Source: Candidatus Magasanikbacteria bacterium RIFOXYB2_FULL_38_10
GTDB taxonomy: Bacteria > Patescibacteriota > Patescibacteriia > Magasanikbacterales > UBA10003
Assembly (NCBI GenBank): GCA_001783145.1
Contig: MFQT01000002.1
Coordinates: 24,941-88,940 of the forward strand
Length of the DNA stretch: 64,000 nt
Reading direction: 5' to 3'
Made by a program: the position numbers and the translations under genes. This document shows positions 49,906 to 59,582 of this stretch, piece by piece; position 1 is the stretch's first letter; every line of letters begins with the position of its first letter. The notes below the pieces were generated by a model that saw only the letters and a program-made list of their open reading frames with translations, was not told where the DNA came from and searched no databases.

Positions 49906-51912
49906 GTGACTTATCTTACAAGCCTTAAAAATTGGATTAAAAAAGGATACAAAAGAATCCAAACTTGGCGACAAAACCTGCTCCTGGCTCACAAAAAAAT
50001 AGACCAGAGATTGGTTTTAGGTTTAGGTAATACCAAAAAATTTCCCTCTCTCAAACAACTTGGATTGCTCAATAAATTTTTAACCAAAAAAGAACGCCGC
50101 ATTATTGGCTTACTTTCTTTTTTAATGGTTTTTTCTTTAGTTATTTTTTTGGCCGAAACTTATCTGCAACGTCGTGTAGTAGAACCAGCCAATGGCGGAG
50201 AATATGTTGAAGGAGAAGTGGGTTACCCCAACGCCATTAATCCTCTTTTTAGTTCTATTAATCCGGTAGATGCCGATTTAAGCCGTTTAATTTATGCCGG
50301 ACTTTTTAAATACGACAAAACCCTAAATTTAGTTCCGGATTTAGCCGAAGGCTATACTTTAGATAAAACCGGAAAAATTTTTACTGTCAAAATGCGCTCC
50401 GGGATGCGCTGGCAGGATGGTGAACCCATAACGATTGATGATGTCGCTTTTACCATCAATTCCATTCAAAGCGCGGAAACCCAATCCCCTCTTTGGGTCA
50501 GCTTTCAAGATGTAATTTTCACCAAAATTGACGATACCGCCTTTACTTTAGAACTTCCTCAGCCATTTGCGCCTTTTTTAAATCTACTGACTACGGGAAT
50601 TTTACCCGAACATCTTTGGCAGGAAATACCGGCCAAAAACATGCGCTTCAGTTCCTTGAATCTTAAACCGATCGGCGCCGGTCCTTTTATGTTTGAATCT
50701 TTTGCCAAAGATTCCAAAGGCAATATTAAATCTTACACTTTAAAACCCAACCCTAATTATCAATTAACCAAACCTTATCTTAATCAATTTACTTTTAAAT
50801 TTTTTAATGACGAAGCGAGTGCTTTAGATGCTTTAAAAAACCACCAAATTAATGGCTTAAGCTTTCTTTCCGCCTCGCAAAAAGAAAAAAACAGCCGCAA
50901 AACCTTGACAGTTCATTCTTTACGCCTGCCCTACTATACCGCTCTCTTCTTAAATCAAAGAAGTAATCAACTTTTACATAATCAAAATTTAAGAGATGCC
51001 TTAGAATTAGGCATTGATAAAAATCAGCTGACAACGGTAAGTCTAAAAGGAGAAGGACTGGCTGTCAACGGACCCATTTTGCCCAACCAAATTGGTTTTA
51101 CTCAAGACTTTAAAGTTAATTACAATTTAGATTCGGCCAAAAAAAAATTGGATGACGATAAATGGATAAAAATCAGCCGAGATGAATTTATTGAGAAGAG
51201 AAAAAAAGAATTATACCAGGCTTGGTTAGATGACAGAAAGGCCAAACAAACAGCAGACAATGGCGGCAAACCCAAGAAACTAACCGCCGAAGAAGAAGCA
51301 ACGCAAAAAAAAGAAGCCGATGCATATTTAAATAAAATAACAGAAGAATTAAACAAAACCGATCAACAGCAAAAATTCTTTCGTCAAAAAAATGGTTATG
51401 GTTTATCAATTAAAATTACCACTATTAACCAACAGGAATTTATAGAAACCGCCAATCTAATTAAAGAAAACTGGCAAGATTTGGGTGCGGAAGTGACAGT
51501 AAATACCTTAAGCAACGAAGAAATAAAAGACGTTATTAAAAACCGTCGCTATGAAGTTTTGCTTTACAGCGTCATCTCTGGGGCCGATCCTGATCCCTTT
51601 CCTTTTTGGCATTCCAGTCAAACTAATTCCCCTGGATTAAATTTGTCCGGCTTTGCCAACCGCCAAGCCGATACCGCACTGGAAACAGCGCGCGAAAGTT
51701 ATGATCTGCCAACCAGAATTAAGGCCTATTATACCTTCCAAAAACTGGTAGCTCAAGAAAAACCGGCTATCTTCCTTTACACTTCCAGTTATCTTTACCC
51801 TCAAGATACCAGCTTAAAAGGATTTAATCAGTATCGTATTTTTGAGCCAGCGGATAGATTTAATGATGTCTCCTCTTGGTACTTGCGTACCAAAAACAAG
51901 TGGCAATGGTAA
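49906..51912 (+). CDS. ABC transporter substrate-binding protein, family 5 (oligopeptide-binding), membrane-anchored
   Basis: N-terminal TM anchor; SBP_bac_5-like core (YTLDKTGKIFTVKMRSGMRWQDGEPITIDDV); Lys/Glu-rich insertion. Confidence 0.65.
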   Translation: MTYLTSLKNWIKKGYKRIQTWRQNLLLAHKKIDQRLVLGLGNTKKFPSLKQLGLLNKFLTKKERRIIGLLSFLMVFSLVIFLAETYLQRRVVEPANGGEYVEGEVGYPNAINPLFSSINPVDADLSRLIYAGLFKYDKTLNLVPDLAEGYTLDKTGKIFTVKMRSGMRWQDGEPITIDDVAFTINSIQSAETQSPLWVSFQDVIFTKIDDTAFTLELPQPFAPFLNLLTTGILPEHLWQEIPAKNMRFSSLNLKPIGAGPFMFESFAKDSKGNIKSYTLKPNPNYQLTKPYLNQFTFKFFNDEASALDALKNHQINGLSFLSASQKEKNSRKTLTVHSLRLPYYTALFLNQRSNQLLHNQNLRDALELGIDKNQLTTVSLKGEGLAVNGPILPNQIGFTQDFKVNYNLDSAKKKLDDDKWIKISRDEFIEKRKKELYQAWLDDRKAKQTADNGGKPKKLTAEEEATQKKEADAYLNKITEELNKTDQQQKFFRQKNGYGLSIKITTINQQEFIETANLIKENWQDLGAEVTVNTLSNEEIKDVIKNRRYEVLLYSVISGADPDPFPFWHSSQTNSPGLNLSGFANRQADTALETARESYDLPTRIKAYYTFQKLVAQEKPAIFLYTSSYLYPQDTSLKGFNQYRIFEPADRFNDVSSWYLRTKNKWQW

Positions 51913-51970
51913 AATAATCGGCTTGTTGCCAAAAGCGTATTTTGTACTTTGACCAAGACAGTTCATAAAA

Positions 51971-52056
51971 GCCGCGGTGGCGAAATGGCAGACGCACTAG
52001 CTTCAGGTGCTAGCGACCGCAAGGTCATGAGGGTTCAAGTCCCTCCCGCGGCACCA
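51971..52056 (+). tRNA. tRNA-Leu(CAG), class II, CCA encoded
   Basis: GCCGCGG acceptor, anticodon loop TTCAGGT, long variable arm, T-loop TTCAAGT. Confidence 0.85.
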
Positions 52057-52142
52057 AAAAAAATTAAAACAAGCCCTTCTCTAAAGATCGGCTTTTTTAT
52101 TTTCTTTATTTCTTGATAAAATGAGTCTGTGGTTAAAAACGC

Positions 52143-54116
52143 TTGTCCAACAAAATTATGCCCAAAATCTTTAAACAACCATTACTCTACCTTGCTCTTG
52201 GCATTATCATTTATATTGCTGTTTTTTTCTATTTGTCACTTTTCAAATACAACAATTTCCTCTACAACATGGAGGATCTTTCTATTTTTACCAACACAGT
52301 CCACAATACCAGCTTGGGTCAATGGTTCTTTTTTTCTTCTCACGGAGGCTATTCCTATCTGGGCGATCATTTGGAATTAATTTTGCTTTTAATTGTTCCT
52401 TTTTATCTATTTTTTAAATCCGCTCTCACCCTGCTTTTTTTCCAAACCTTTCTTATCGGCTTAAGTGCTTGGCCCCTATACCTAATCGCGCAGAAAATTT
52501 TAGCCCAAAAACCAGCCTCTTTAAAGAATGCCCCATCCTTAATCATTGCTTTTTCCTTTCTCTTAAACCCTTATTTGCAAAATATCAATTTGGAAGAATT
52601 TCACATCGCTCCTTTTTTAATTTTCTTTTTTTGCTGGACTTTTTATTTTTATCTTAAAAAAAATTATTGGCTTTTTGGACTTTTTTTTCTTTTAACTTTG
52701 ATAACCCGCGAAGACGCCTCCCTAACTTTGGGCGCCCTTTCCTTAATCGCTCTGTGGGAGCACAAAAAAAATCTTTGGCCGCAAAAAAAATGGTGGCTTT
52801 ACCCCATGCTTTTATCCGGCGGCTGGTTTTTATTATCGCTTTTTATTGTGGGCCATTTTAATCCCGACAGCGGCTACCGCTATCTTTTGCTTTACAATAT
52901 CTCTTGGAACAACCCCCTAAGTTGGCTAACAAAATTTTTGGCTTGGCAAAATTTAATTATTCCCTTGGGTTTTTTGTTGCCCTGTCTTTTTTTGCCACTA
53001 CTGCAGCCCAAATATCTTTTTTTGGCTCTGCCAACTTTTTTGCAAGTAAGCTTAATTAGCGGCGACAACACTTCTTTGGTTTTCTATACCCATTACCAAA
53101 CTTTTTTAATCCTGCCTATTTTTTTGGCTTTAGCCAGTTCCCTGAATTATTTATTTACTCGCCCCAATTCTCAAAAATATCTTTGGCTCATTGGGGCTCT
53201 ATTAATCTTCTCTCCACTTTACATCAGCGCTTTTATGGGCCCTTTGAATTTTTTAACACTTCAACAAAATCATCTTGATAATTTAGAAGATAAAAAAGCC
53301 GATCAAAAAATGATTGAAAAAATCACGGCTTTGTCTGAAATAAAAAAAGACGGGAAAAAACAAACCCCGGTTGCCCTTTCTGCTCCTTACAGATTTGCTC
53401 CGCGTCTTTCTTCTCGTCCTTTGGCTTACCTTAATAAACTCACTTTCTTGGGCAAAGGGCACCTTTCTACTAAAGATTTTATTTTACCTCCGGTGGATTA
53501 TTTACTGATTGACTCGGCCGACATGATTGAATATTATCTTCATTTTACCAATCGCGCTCGTTTTTCTTCACAGTACTGGGATGGCTACAAAAGAACGAAC
53601 AAGGCTTTAAGACAACAAGAGCTTAATCCTTTGGAGCGCACTGATTCTTTAATTTTATTTGGCAAAAAAACGCCCGCCGCCCCTCAGCCTTGGCAGATTT
53701 TAACAGCTATCCCAACAGAAATAAATTTGTTAAATAAAAACTTTGGATTAATTACTTTGCTGGGTACGCAAAAACTACCGCAAACACAAACAGATTACCG
53801 ACAGTTAAATCTTTTTTTCACCACCCAAGAAAAAATATCCGATGATTATTTTTTATCTTTTACCGCCCTAAATAAAAGCGGGCAAAAACTTTGGAAAAAA
53901 ATTTATCCTCCGGCTTATGGTTTGCACCCCACCCACGCTTGGCAGCCTCAAGAAATTATTAAATTAAATCAATGGCTGCCAATCATTCCTAATATGGCCT
54001 ATTTAAAAATGGAACTTTTGAAAATAAAAGGAGACATTGAACTTGGCTCCTTAAATGACACCAGGCTAATTATTGATGAGGAAACTGTTTTGGGACAAGT
54101 GATAATCAAAAATTAA
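52143..54116 (+). CDS. DUF2079-family polytopic membrane protein (GT-C-like putative glycosyltransferase)
   Basis: NMEDLSIFTNTVHNTSLGQWFF...GDHLELILLLIVPFYLF matches DUF2079 N-terminal motifs; more than 10 TM helices. Confidence 0.55.
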   Translation: MSNKIMPKIFKQPLLYLALGIIIYIAVFFYLSLFKYNNFLYNMEDLSIFTNTVHNTSLGQWFFFSSHGGYSYLGDHLELILLLIVPFYLFFKSALTLLFFQTFLIGLSAWPLYLIAQKILAQKPASLKNAPSLIIAFSFLLNPYLQNINLEEFHIAPFLIFFFCWTFYFYLKKNYWLFGLFFLLTLITREDASLTLGALSLIALWEHKKNLWPQKKWWLYPMLLSGGWFLLSLFIVGHFNPDSGYRYLLLYNISWNNPLSWLTKFLAWQNLIIPLGFLLPCLFLPLLQPKYLFLALPTFLQVSLISGDNTSLVFYTHYQTFLILPIFLALASSLNYLFTRPNSQKYLWLIGALLIFSPLYISAFMGPLNFLTLQQNHLDNLEDKKADQKMIEKITALSEIKKDGKKQTPVALSAPYRFAPRLSSRPLAYLNKLTFLGKGHLSTKDFILPPVDYLLIDSADMIEYYLHFTNRARFSSQYWDGYKRTNKALRQQELNPLERTDSLILFGKKTPAAPQPWQILTAIPTEINLLNKNFGLITLLGTQKLPQTQTDYRQLNLFFTTQEKISDDYFLSFTALNKSGQKLWKKIYPPAYGLHPTHAWQPQEIIKLNQWLPIIPNMAYLKMELLKIKGDIELGSLNDTRLIIDEETVLGQVIIKN

Positions 54117-54167
54117 AAAACCCTGGCAATCATACAGACCACCAGGGTAAGAACAAGAACCGCGCTG

Positions 54168-54338
54168 TTACGACTTGAAGCCGACCCCTTGGCCAGCGAC
54201 GATGCGCGTGGCCTGCTCCTCCGTGAAGCCGGCCTTGACCATGGCGTCGTAGGCCTTTTTCGTGGCGCGCGCCAGCACCTCGAACAGCTCATCGCTCTCC
54301 ACGACCTCCTTCAATACCTCCAACAAGTCCTCCACCAT
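54168..54338 (-). CDS. 56-aa acidic helical protein encoded in a 60%-GC, high-GC3 patch
   Basis: MVEDLLEVLKEVVESDELFEVLARATKKAYDAMVKAGFTEEQATRIVAGQGVGFKS. SD GGAGGG 7 nt upstream. Near-consensus promoter TTGACA-N17-TACAAT upstream. Not in the ORF track (below 60 aa). Confidence 0.5.
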   Translation of the reverse strand: MVEDLLEVLKEVVESDELFEVLARATKKAYDAMVKAGFTEEQATRIVAGQGVGFKS

Positions 54339-54389
54339 AACCAGGCCCTCCTATCGGTTGACACTGCCTCATTATGAGGCAGTCAAAAA

Positions 54390-54418
54390 ATTGTATCATT
54401 TTCAAAATATTTTGTCAA
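54390..54418 (-). promoter_or_regulatory. sigma70 promoter (TTGACA-N17-TACAAT) for the 56-aa ORF
   Basis: Perfect -35, 17-nt spacer, 5/6 -10. The -35 lies in the left arm of the palindrome TTGTCAAGccaaaCTTGACAA. Confidence 0.6.
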
Positions 54419-54425
54419 GCCAAAC

Positions 54426-54454
54426 TTGACAAAATAACTAAACTATGCTATACT
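54426..54454 (+). promoter_or_regulatory. sigma70 promoter (TTGACA-N17-TATACT) for rnj
   Basis: Perfect -35 in the right arm of the same palindrome, 17-nt spacer. The 5'UTR is about 140 nt. Confidence 0.6.
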
Positions 54455-54596
54455 CTATTTTAGAGGTTGAATGAAGCCTTAAAAATGTTTTATACGTTTT
54501 TAATCTCTATTTAATCTCTTAAAGATTGTTTTAGCTATAAAACAGCCTTGATTGCCACTAAGAGCAATTATTTATTTTGCATCATTTTAAAGCAAA

Positions 54597-56450
54597 ATGA
54601 GGGCCCTTTTATCTAAAATGATCGCCTCATTTTTTATATTTATGATTTCTCATAACTCTAATCCGGCTCATTCCCCAGCACAAAAAAGAATGCACAAAGG
54701 TCCTCCCACTCATAAGGTGCCTATTTTTAATACTTCTTTTATCAAAAAAAAGATAGCTTCAACTATTAGCACCACAGGGGATGACCATCCTAAATTAAAA
54801 ATCTACGCCCTAGGCGGTTTAGAAGAAGTGGGCCGCAATATGACTGTTTTTGAATGTGGCGAAGACATCGTCCTGATAGATATGGGTTTGCAATTTCCCG
54901 AGGAAGATATGCCGGGCATTGATTACATCATTCCCAATATTTCTTGTCTGCAAGGCAAAGAGAAGAATATCCGCGGCATTATCATTACTCACGGTCACTA
55001 TGACCATATCGGGGCCATTCCTCATCTTTTGGGACGGCTGGGCAACCCTATTATTTACACCGCTCCTATGACCGCCGGCGTTATTAGAAAACGCCAAGAA
55101 GATTTTAGGGACTCTCCTCCACCACGTGTTATTTTGGTTAATGATAATACCAAAGTTCCTTTAGGCAGACATTTTATTTTTGAACCATTTCACTGCAACC
55201 ACAATATCTTTGATGCTTTTGGCGTGGCTTTAACCACCCCTTACGGCGTGGTTTTGGACACTGGAGATTTTAAGTTTGATTACTCCCCTGTTAACGAAGA
55301 GCCGGCCGATTTAAACCGCATCGCCATGTTTGGCACGCGCAATGTTTTGGCCTTGCTCTCCGATTCTACCAATGCCGAAAGCCCGGGTTATCAAATCTCG
55401 GAAAAAGTAGTGGGAGATGAACTAGAAAAAATTGTTGCTCACGCCCCCGGACGTGTAATCATGGGCACTTTTTCTTCTCTGTTAACTCGTGCCCAACAAA
55501 TTTTAAGCATCGCGGAAAAATATGACCGCAAAGTTTTAATTGAAGGACGCAGCATGAAAAATAATGTCCAATTGGCTCACGAGCTTGGTTATTTAAAATT
55601 TAAAACCGGTACGATAATTGAAGACACGGAATTTAGAAAATATCCCGACAACAAGCTTATTGTAGTTTGTACCGGCGCCCAAGGCGAAAAGAATGCTGTC
55701 TTAATGCGCATTGCCAACAACGAACACCGTTTTATTCAACTTAAAGTCAATGATACCGTGGTCTTTTCCTCTTCAGTTATTCCTGGCAACGAACGCACCG
55801 TACAAAGTCTAAAAGATGTAATTGTGCGTCATGGCGCCAAAGTAATTCATTATCAAATGATGGACGTCCACGCCGGCGGACATGCCAAACAAGAAGATTT
55901 AAAGTTAATGATGCGCTTAACTCGTCCCCGCTATTTTATACCGGTCCACGGCAACCGCTTTTTATTGCAAGCTCATGCGGATTTGGCCGCTGGTGTAGGC
56001 ATCCCCAAAGAAAGAATTTTTGTGGCTGATAATGGACAGATAATGGAATTTTCCGCGCACGGCGGAACCTTAACCGATCAATACGTGCCGACCGATTATG
56101 TTATGATTGACGGACTTGGTGATGGCGATACTTCCCAAATTGTTTTGCGCGATCGCCGCCAACTTTCTGAAGAAGGAATGTTTGTGATTATTGCTACAAT
56201 TGAAAAGAAAACCGGACACTTGGTAGGCAACCCCGATATTATCTCCCGCGGCTTTGTTTATCTAAAAGAAAACAAAGAACTGATAGAAAAAACCAGAATG
56301 CGGGCTAAAAAACTTTTAAAAGATACCGATCCCAAGGCTCCGGCTTTTGAAGATTACATTAAAAACAAAATTAGGAATGACATTGGGCAATTTCTTTATT
56401 CTCAAACTAAAAAACGACCCATGGTTTTGCCGGTAATCATAGAAGTTTAA
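54597..56450 (+). CDS. rnj: ribonuclease J (metallo-beta-lactamase/beta-CASP)
   Basis: KIYALGGLEEVGRNM, HGHYDH and beta-CASP motifs, with a C-terminal domain. The true start may be the ATG at 54690. Confidence 0.85.
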   Translation: MRALLSKMIASFFIFMISHNSNPAHSPAQKRMHKGPPTHKVPIFNTSFIKKKIASTISTTGDDHPKLKIYALGGLEEVGRNMTVFECGEDIVLIDMGLQFPEEDMPGIDYIIPNISCLQGKEKNIRGIIITHGHYDHIGAIPHLLGRLGNPIIYTAPMTAGVIRKRQEDFRDSPPPRVILVNDNTKVPLGRHFIFEPFHCNHNIFDAFGVALTTPYGVVLDTGDFKFDYSPVNEEPADLNRIAMFGTRNVLALLSDSTNAESPGYQISEKVVGDELEKIVAHAPGRVIMGTFSSLLTRAQQILSIAEKYDRKVLIEGRSMKNNVQLAHELGYLKFKTGTIIEDTEFRKYPDNKLIVVCTGAQGEKNAVLMRIANNEHRFIQLKVNDTVVFSSSVIPGNERTVQSLKDVIVRHGAKVIHYQMMDVHAGGHAKQEDLKLMMRLTRPRYFIPVHGNRFLLQAHADLAAGVGIPKERIFVADNGQIMEFSAHGGTLTDQYVPTDYVMIDGLGDGDTSQIVLRDRRQLSEEGMFVIIATIEKKTGHLVGNPDIISRGFVYLKENKELIEKTRMRAKKLLKDTDPKAPAFEDYIKNKIRNDIGQFLYSQTKKRPMVLPVIIEV

Positions 56451-56458
56451 TCGATTTT

Positions 56459-56484
56459 AAAACGCCCCTTGCGGGGCGTTTTTG
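56459..56484. terminator. bidirectional terminator shared by rnj (+) and rnpB (-)
   Basis: AAAACGCCCCttgcGGGGCGTTTTT. Confidence 0.7.
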
Positions 56485-56892
56485 CTAAACTAAGCTGTAA
56501 GCCGAATTTTGTCCCCCCTTGCGGGGTAACGGCCATCTCTCTGGGCTAGGCATCACTGCCAAGCTCAAGCTTTCGAATATGAAGTTGCACCAGGTAGGGT
56601 TTTCCACCGCGCCAAGTTGCCTTGGCGTAAGAGGCGTAGCAGAGACGTTGTTTAAACCTTTAGAGTTTAAACCACGACACACCGCCTCACTTTTCACCTT
56701 TCACTGCCTTGTGGCAGTTAGTATTGTCTCTGTGGCACTGATCCGTCAGGCGAGTTTATTCCAAGTTGCCTTGGGTTATCCCGCCAAATTGCCCACCCGT
56801 TAGGTGGTACCACGACGCGTTTACACGCGGGTGTTCGGACTTTCCTCCCTTTTTACAGGGCGGCCGTCCACTTAATTTAGCAGATTAAATAT
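56483..56892 (-). ncRNA. rnpB: RNase P RNA, bacterial type A
   Basis: On the minus strand, P4 5' strand GGAGGAAAGUCCGAACA and 3' strand ACAAAAUUCGGCUUA, with compensatory changes relative to E. coli. GUGAAAGGUGAAAAGUG (P10.1/P11). P1 UGCUAAAUUAAG pairs with CUUAGUUUAGCA. GC-rich and ORF-free. Confidence 0.85.
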
Positions 56893-56972
56893 ACCATATT
56901 TAAGAATATTTGTCAACTGTTGACTCTGAGCTAAAATAAAGGTAAAATAAACTAAACTCTACTAAATAAATT

Positions 56973-58400
56973 ATGAAAAAAACTGCCATCATTTTAACTA
57001 CTATTTCTTTACCTCTGGATTTTCTAATGCTTACGGCCGCCGGTGTCTCGGCCTATTTTTTGCGTTTTAATACTTTTTTTACCAAAATTAAACCTGTTAT
57101 TTTTAACTTATCTTTTGAAGACTATTTACCAGTCATGTTTTCTGTAGCCGCTTTTTGGATTGTTCTTTTTATCTTAGCCGGACTTTACGGCACCAAACCA
57201 ACCCGCAGGCTCGCCAGCGAACTTTCCCGCGTAGTCTTCGCCTGCTCCACAGGACTCGCCGCTATTACCATTTACATTTTTTTTCAACAAGAATTTTTCA
57301 ACTCTCGTTTTATTGTTTTGGCCGGCTGGGCACTGGCTATAATTTTTGTCAGTTTGGGACGCGTTATTTTAAAAATCATTAAAAATATTCTTTTCCGCGC
57401 CGGTATTGGCGTTAAAAAAATTGTCATTATCGGAGCGGGACGCGTCAGTGACATTCTTTTTGAAACCTTAAAACAGCGTCGCGGTTTTGGCCTTTCTGTG
57501 GTAGGGCATTATCCTAATTTTAGTTTAGAATCAGCACCGGAATTAAAAGAAATGATCGCTAAAAAACAACTGGATGAAATTCTTTTTTGCAATTCCAAAA
57601 GCAGTGAACAAGAAGCCTTGGCGGTTTTAAATTTTTGTGAAGAAAACCATTTGGATTTTAAATATTCCGCCGATCTCTTTTCCACTTATCTCGCCAACAC
57701 TTCTATTTATGCCATCGGCGGCGTACCCATTGTAGAAGCTCATAAAACCAATCTACAAGCTTGGGGCAGGGTAATTAAAAGATTGTTGGATATTTTTTTA
57801 TCTTTTATTTTTATCATCATCGCCAGCCCTTTGTTAATTGTTTTTTCCTTAGCAACACTAACAGAAAGCAGGAGGCCTGTTATTTATAAAAATGAACGGG
57901 TCGGAGAGGCGGGTAAAAAATTTTTTACTTTAAAGTTTCGTTCCATGTATCAAAAATATTGCATCGGACCGCAATTTAAAAATCAAGCCGAGGCTTTAAA
58001 TTTTGAACAAAAATTGATTGCCCAGCAAAATACCAAAACCGGGCCGGTTTATAAAATTAAAAATGATCCTCGTATCACCAAAGTCGGCAAACTGATGCGC
58101 CGGCTAAGCATTGACGAACTGCCCCAATTATTTAATGTTTTGAAAGGGGAAATGAGCTTAGTAGGTCCGCGTCCGCATCAGCCGCGCGAAGTGGAAAAAT
58201 ATGCAAAAAATCAACGCAAGGTTTTAAATATCAAACCGGGCATAACCGGGCTAGCCCAAATTTCCGGCCGCAGTGATTTGGAATTTGAAGAAGAAGTAAA
58301 ATTAGACACTCTATATTTAGAACACTGGTCATTATTGCTTGATTTAATTATTTTAATAAAGACACCTTTTATTCTTCTTAAATCCAGAAAAGCCTTATAA
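56973..58400 (+). CDS. polyprenyl-phosphate sugar-1-phosphate transferase (WbaP/EpsL-like priming glycosyltransferase)
   Basis: Bacterial sugar transferase C-domain ASPLLIVFSLATLTESRRPVIYKNERVG...DELPQLFNVLKGEMSLVGPRP. Confidence 0.85.
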   Translation: MKKTAIILTTISLPLDFLMLTAAGVSAYFLRFNTFFTKIKPVIFNLSFEDYLPVMFSVAAFWIVLFILAGLYGTKPTRRLASELSRVVFACSTGLAAITIYIFFQQEFFNSRFIVLAGWALAIIFVSLGRVILKIIKNILFRAGIGVKKIVIIGAGRVSDILFETLKQRRGFGLSVVGHYPNFSLESAPELKEMIAKKQLDEILFCNSKSSEQEALAVLNFCEENHLDFKYSADLFSTYLANTSIYAIGGVPIVEAHKTNLQAWGRVIKRLLDIFLSFIFIIIASPLLIVFSLATLTESRRPVIYKNERVGEAGKKFFTLKFRSMYQKYCIGPQFKNQAEALNFEQKLIAQQNTKTGPVYKIKNDPRITKVGKLMRRLSIDELPQLFNVLKGEMSLVGPRPHQPREVEKYAKNQRKVLNIKPGITGLAQISGRSDLEFEEEVKLDTLYLEHWSLLLDLIILIKTPFILLKSRKAL

Positions 58401-58403
58401 TTT

Positions 58404-59528
58404 ATGAAGGTTGCTTTAGTTCATGATTATCTATCTCAAGACGGAGGAGCAGAAAGAGTTTTAAAAGCCCTGCAGGAATTGTATCCGGAGGCTCCTACTT
58501 TTGTTTTGTTTTATGATAAAACTAAATTGCCCGAACATTTTTTTAAACAAGAGGTTCGTCCCAGTTTTATTCACTTTCTTCCTTTTGCCAAAAATCATTA
58601 TCGCTGGTATTTGTCTTTAATGCCCTTGGCCACCGAAAGGCATAATTTAAAAGATTTTGATGTGGTAATCTCCTCTACCTCGGCTTTTGCCAAAGGCATC
58701 ATCACTAATCCGGAAACCCTGCATCTTTCTTACTGCCACACACCAACCCGCTATCTTTGGACTGACACCCACAGCTATATAGAAGAAATGCACACTAATT
58801 TTTTAGTTAAGGCTCTCTTGCCACCACTCATTTCTCGTTTGCGCATGTGGGACAGAATGAGCGCGGAGAGAGTGGATCACTTTTGGGCCAATTCAGAAAA
58901 TGTCAGAAGGCGTATTCAAAAATTTTATAAACGCGATGCCGAGGTTATTTATCCGCCGGTAGATACTCACCTTTTTAAAATTTCAGAAAATGTTGAAAAT
59001 TATTTTTTAACCGGCGGAAGATTAGTTCCCTACAAACATTTTGATTTAACTATTAAAGTTTTCAATCGTTTGGGCTGGCCTTTAAAAATTTTTGGTGCTG
59101 GACCAGAAGAAAAAAAACTTAAAAGTTTGGCTAGATCTAACATTGAATTTTTGGGCCCGATAAAAGATGAAAAAAAAATCGAACTGTATGCTAACGCACA
59201 GGCATTTATTCATCCTCAAGCGGAAGATTTTGGCATCACGGCAGTGGAAGCCATGTCCGCCGGACGCCCGGTAATTGCTTTTGCCCAAGGGGGAGCCTTA
59301 GAAACGGTTATACCTAACTCCACCGGCCTGCTTTTTGCCGAACAGTCTTGGGAGTCGCTTTTAGAAACTCTTTTAAAATTTGATTCTTCCGCTTTTAATC
59401 CGCCAGTTATCAAAGAATTTGCAGAAAATTTTAGTTTGGAAAATTTTAAAAATAAAGTGACGGAAAGCGTGCGCGGACGTTTTGAAGATTTTCAAAAAGG
59501 CTACCAACAACTGCCGTTGAAGATTTAA
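58404..59528 (+). CDS. glycosyltransferase family 4
   Basis: MKVALVHDYL N-terminus; GT4 EX7E region. Confidence 0.75.
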   Translation: MKVALVHDYLSQDGGAERVLKALQELYPEAPTFVLFYDKTKLPEHFFKQEVRPSFIHFLPFAKNHYRWYLSLMPLATERHNLKDFDVVISSTSAFAKGIITNPETLHLSYCHTPTRYLWTDTHSYIEEMHTNFLVKALLPPLISRLRMWDRMSAERVDHFWANSENVRRRIQKFYKRDAEVIYPPVDTHLFKISENVENYFLTGGRLVPYKHFDLTIKVFNRLGWPLKIFGAGPEEKKLKSLARSNIEFLGPIKDEKKIELYANAQAFIHPQAEDFGITAVEAMSAGRPVIAFAQGGALETVIPNSTGLLFAEQSWESLLETLLKFDSSAFNPPVIKEFAENFSLENFKNKVTESVRGRFEDFQKGYQQLPLKI

Positions 59529-59582
59529 AATAATTATACTTCTGTCCGGTAATTCACAAAGAAAAGTCATTTTTATCAATCT

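Noticed and set aside
52070-52100. Possible terminator after tRNA-Leu(CAG) (AAGCC...GGCTT + T-run).
   Set aside because: Only a 5-bp stem with a 14-nt loop; too weak to call.
54189-54377. 62-aa plus-strand ORF in the 60%-GC patch.
   Set aside because: It has no SD or promoter. The overlapping minus-strand 56-aa ORF has a GGAGGG SD and a consensus promoter. Only one is likely real, and the call remains uncertain.
56485-56803. Track ORFs 56485..56697 (minus) and 56519..56803 (plus).
   Set aside because: They overlap the RNase P RNA gene. They are open frames caused by local GC richness, with no RBS.
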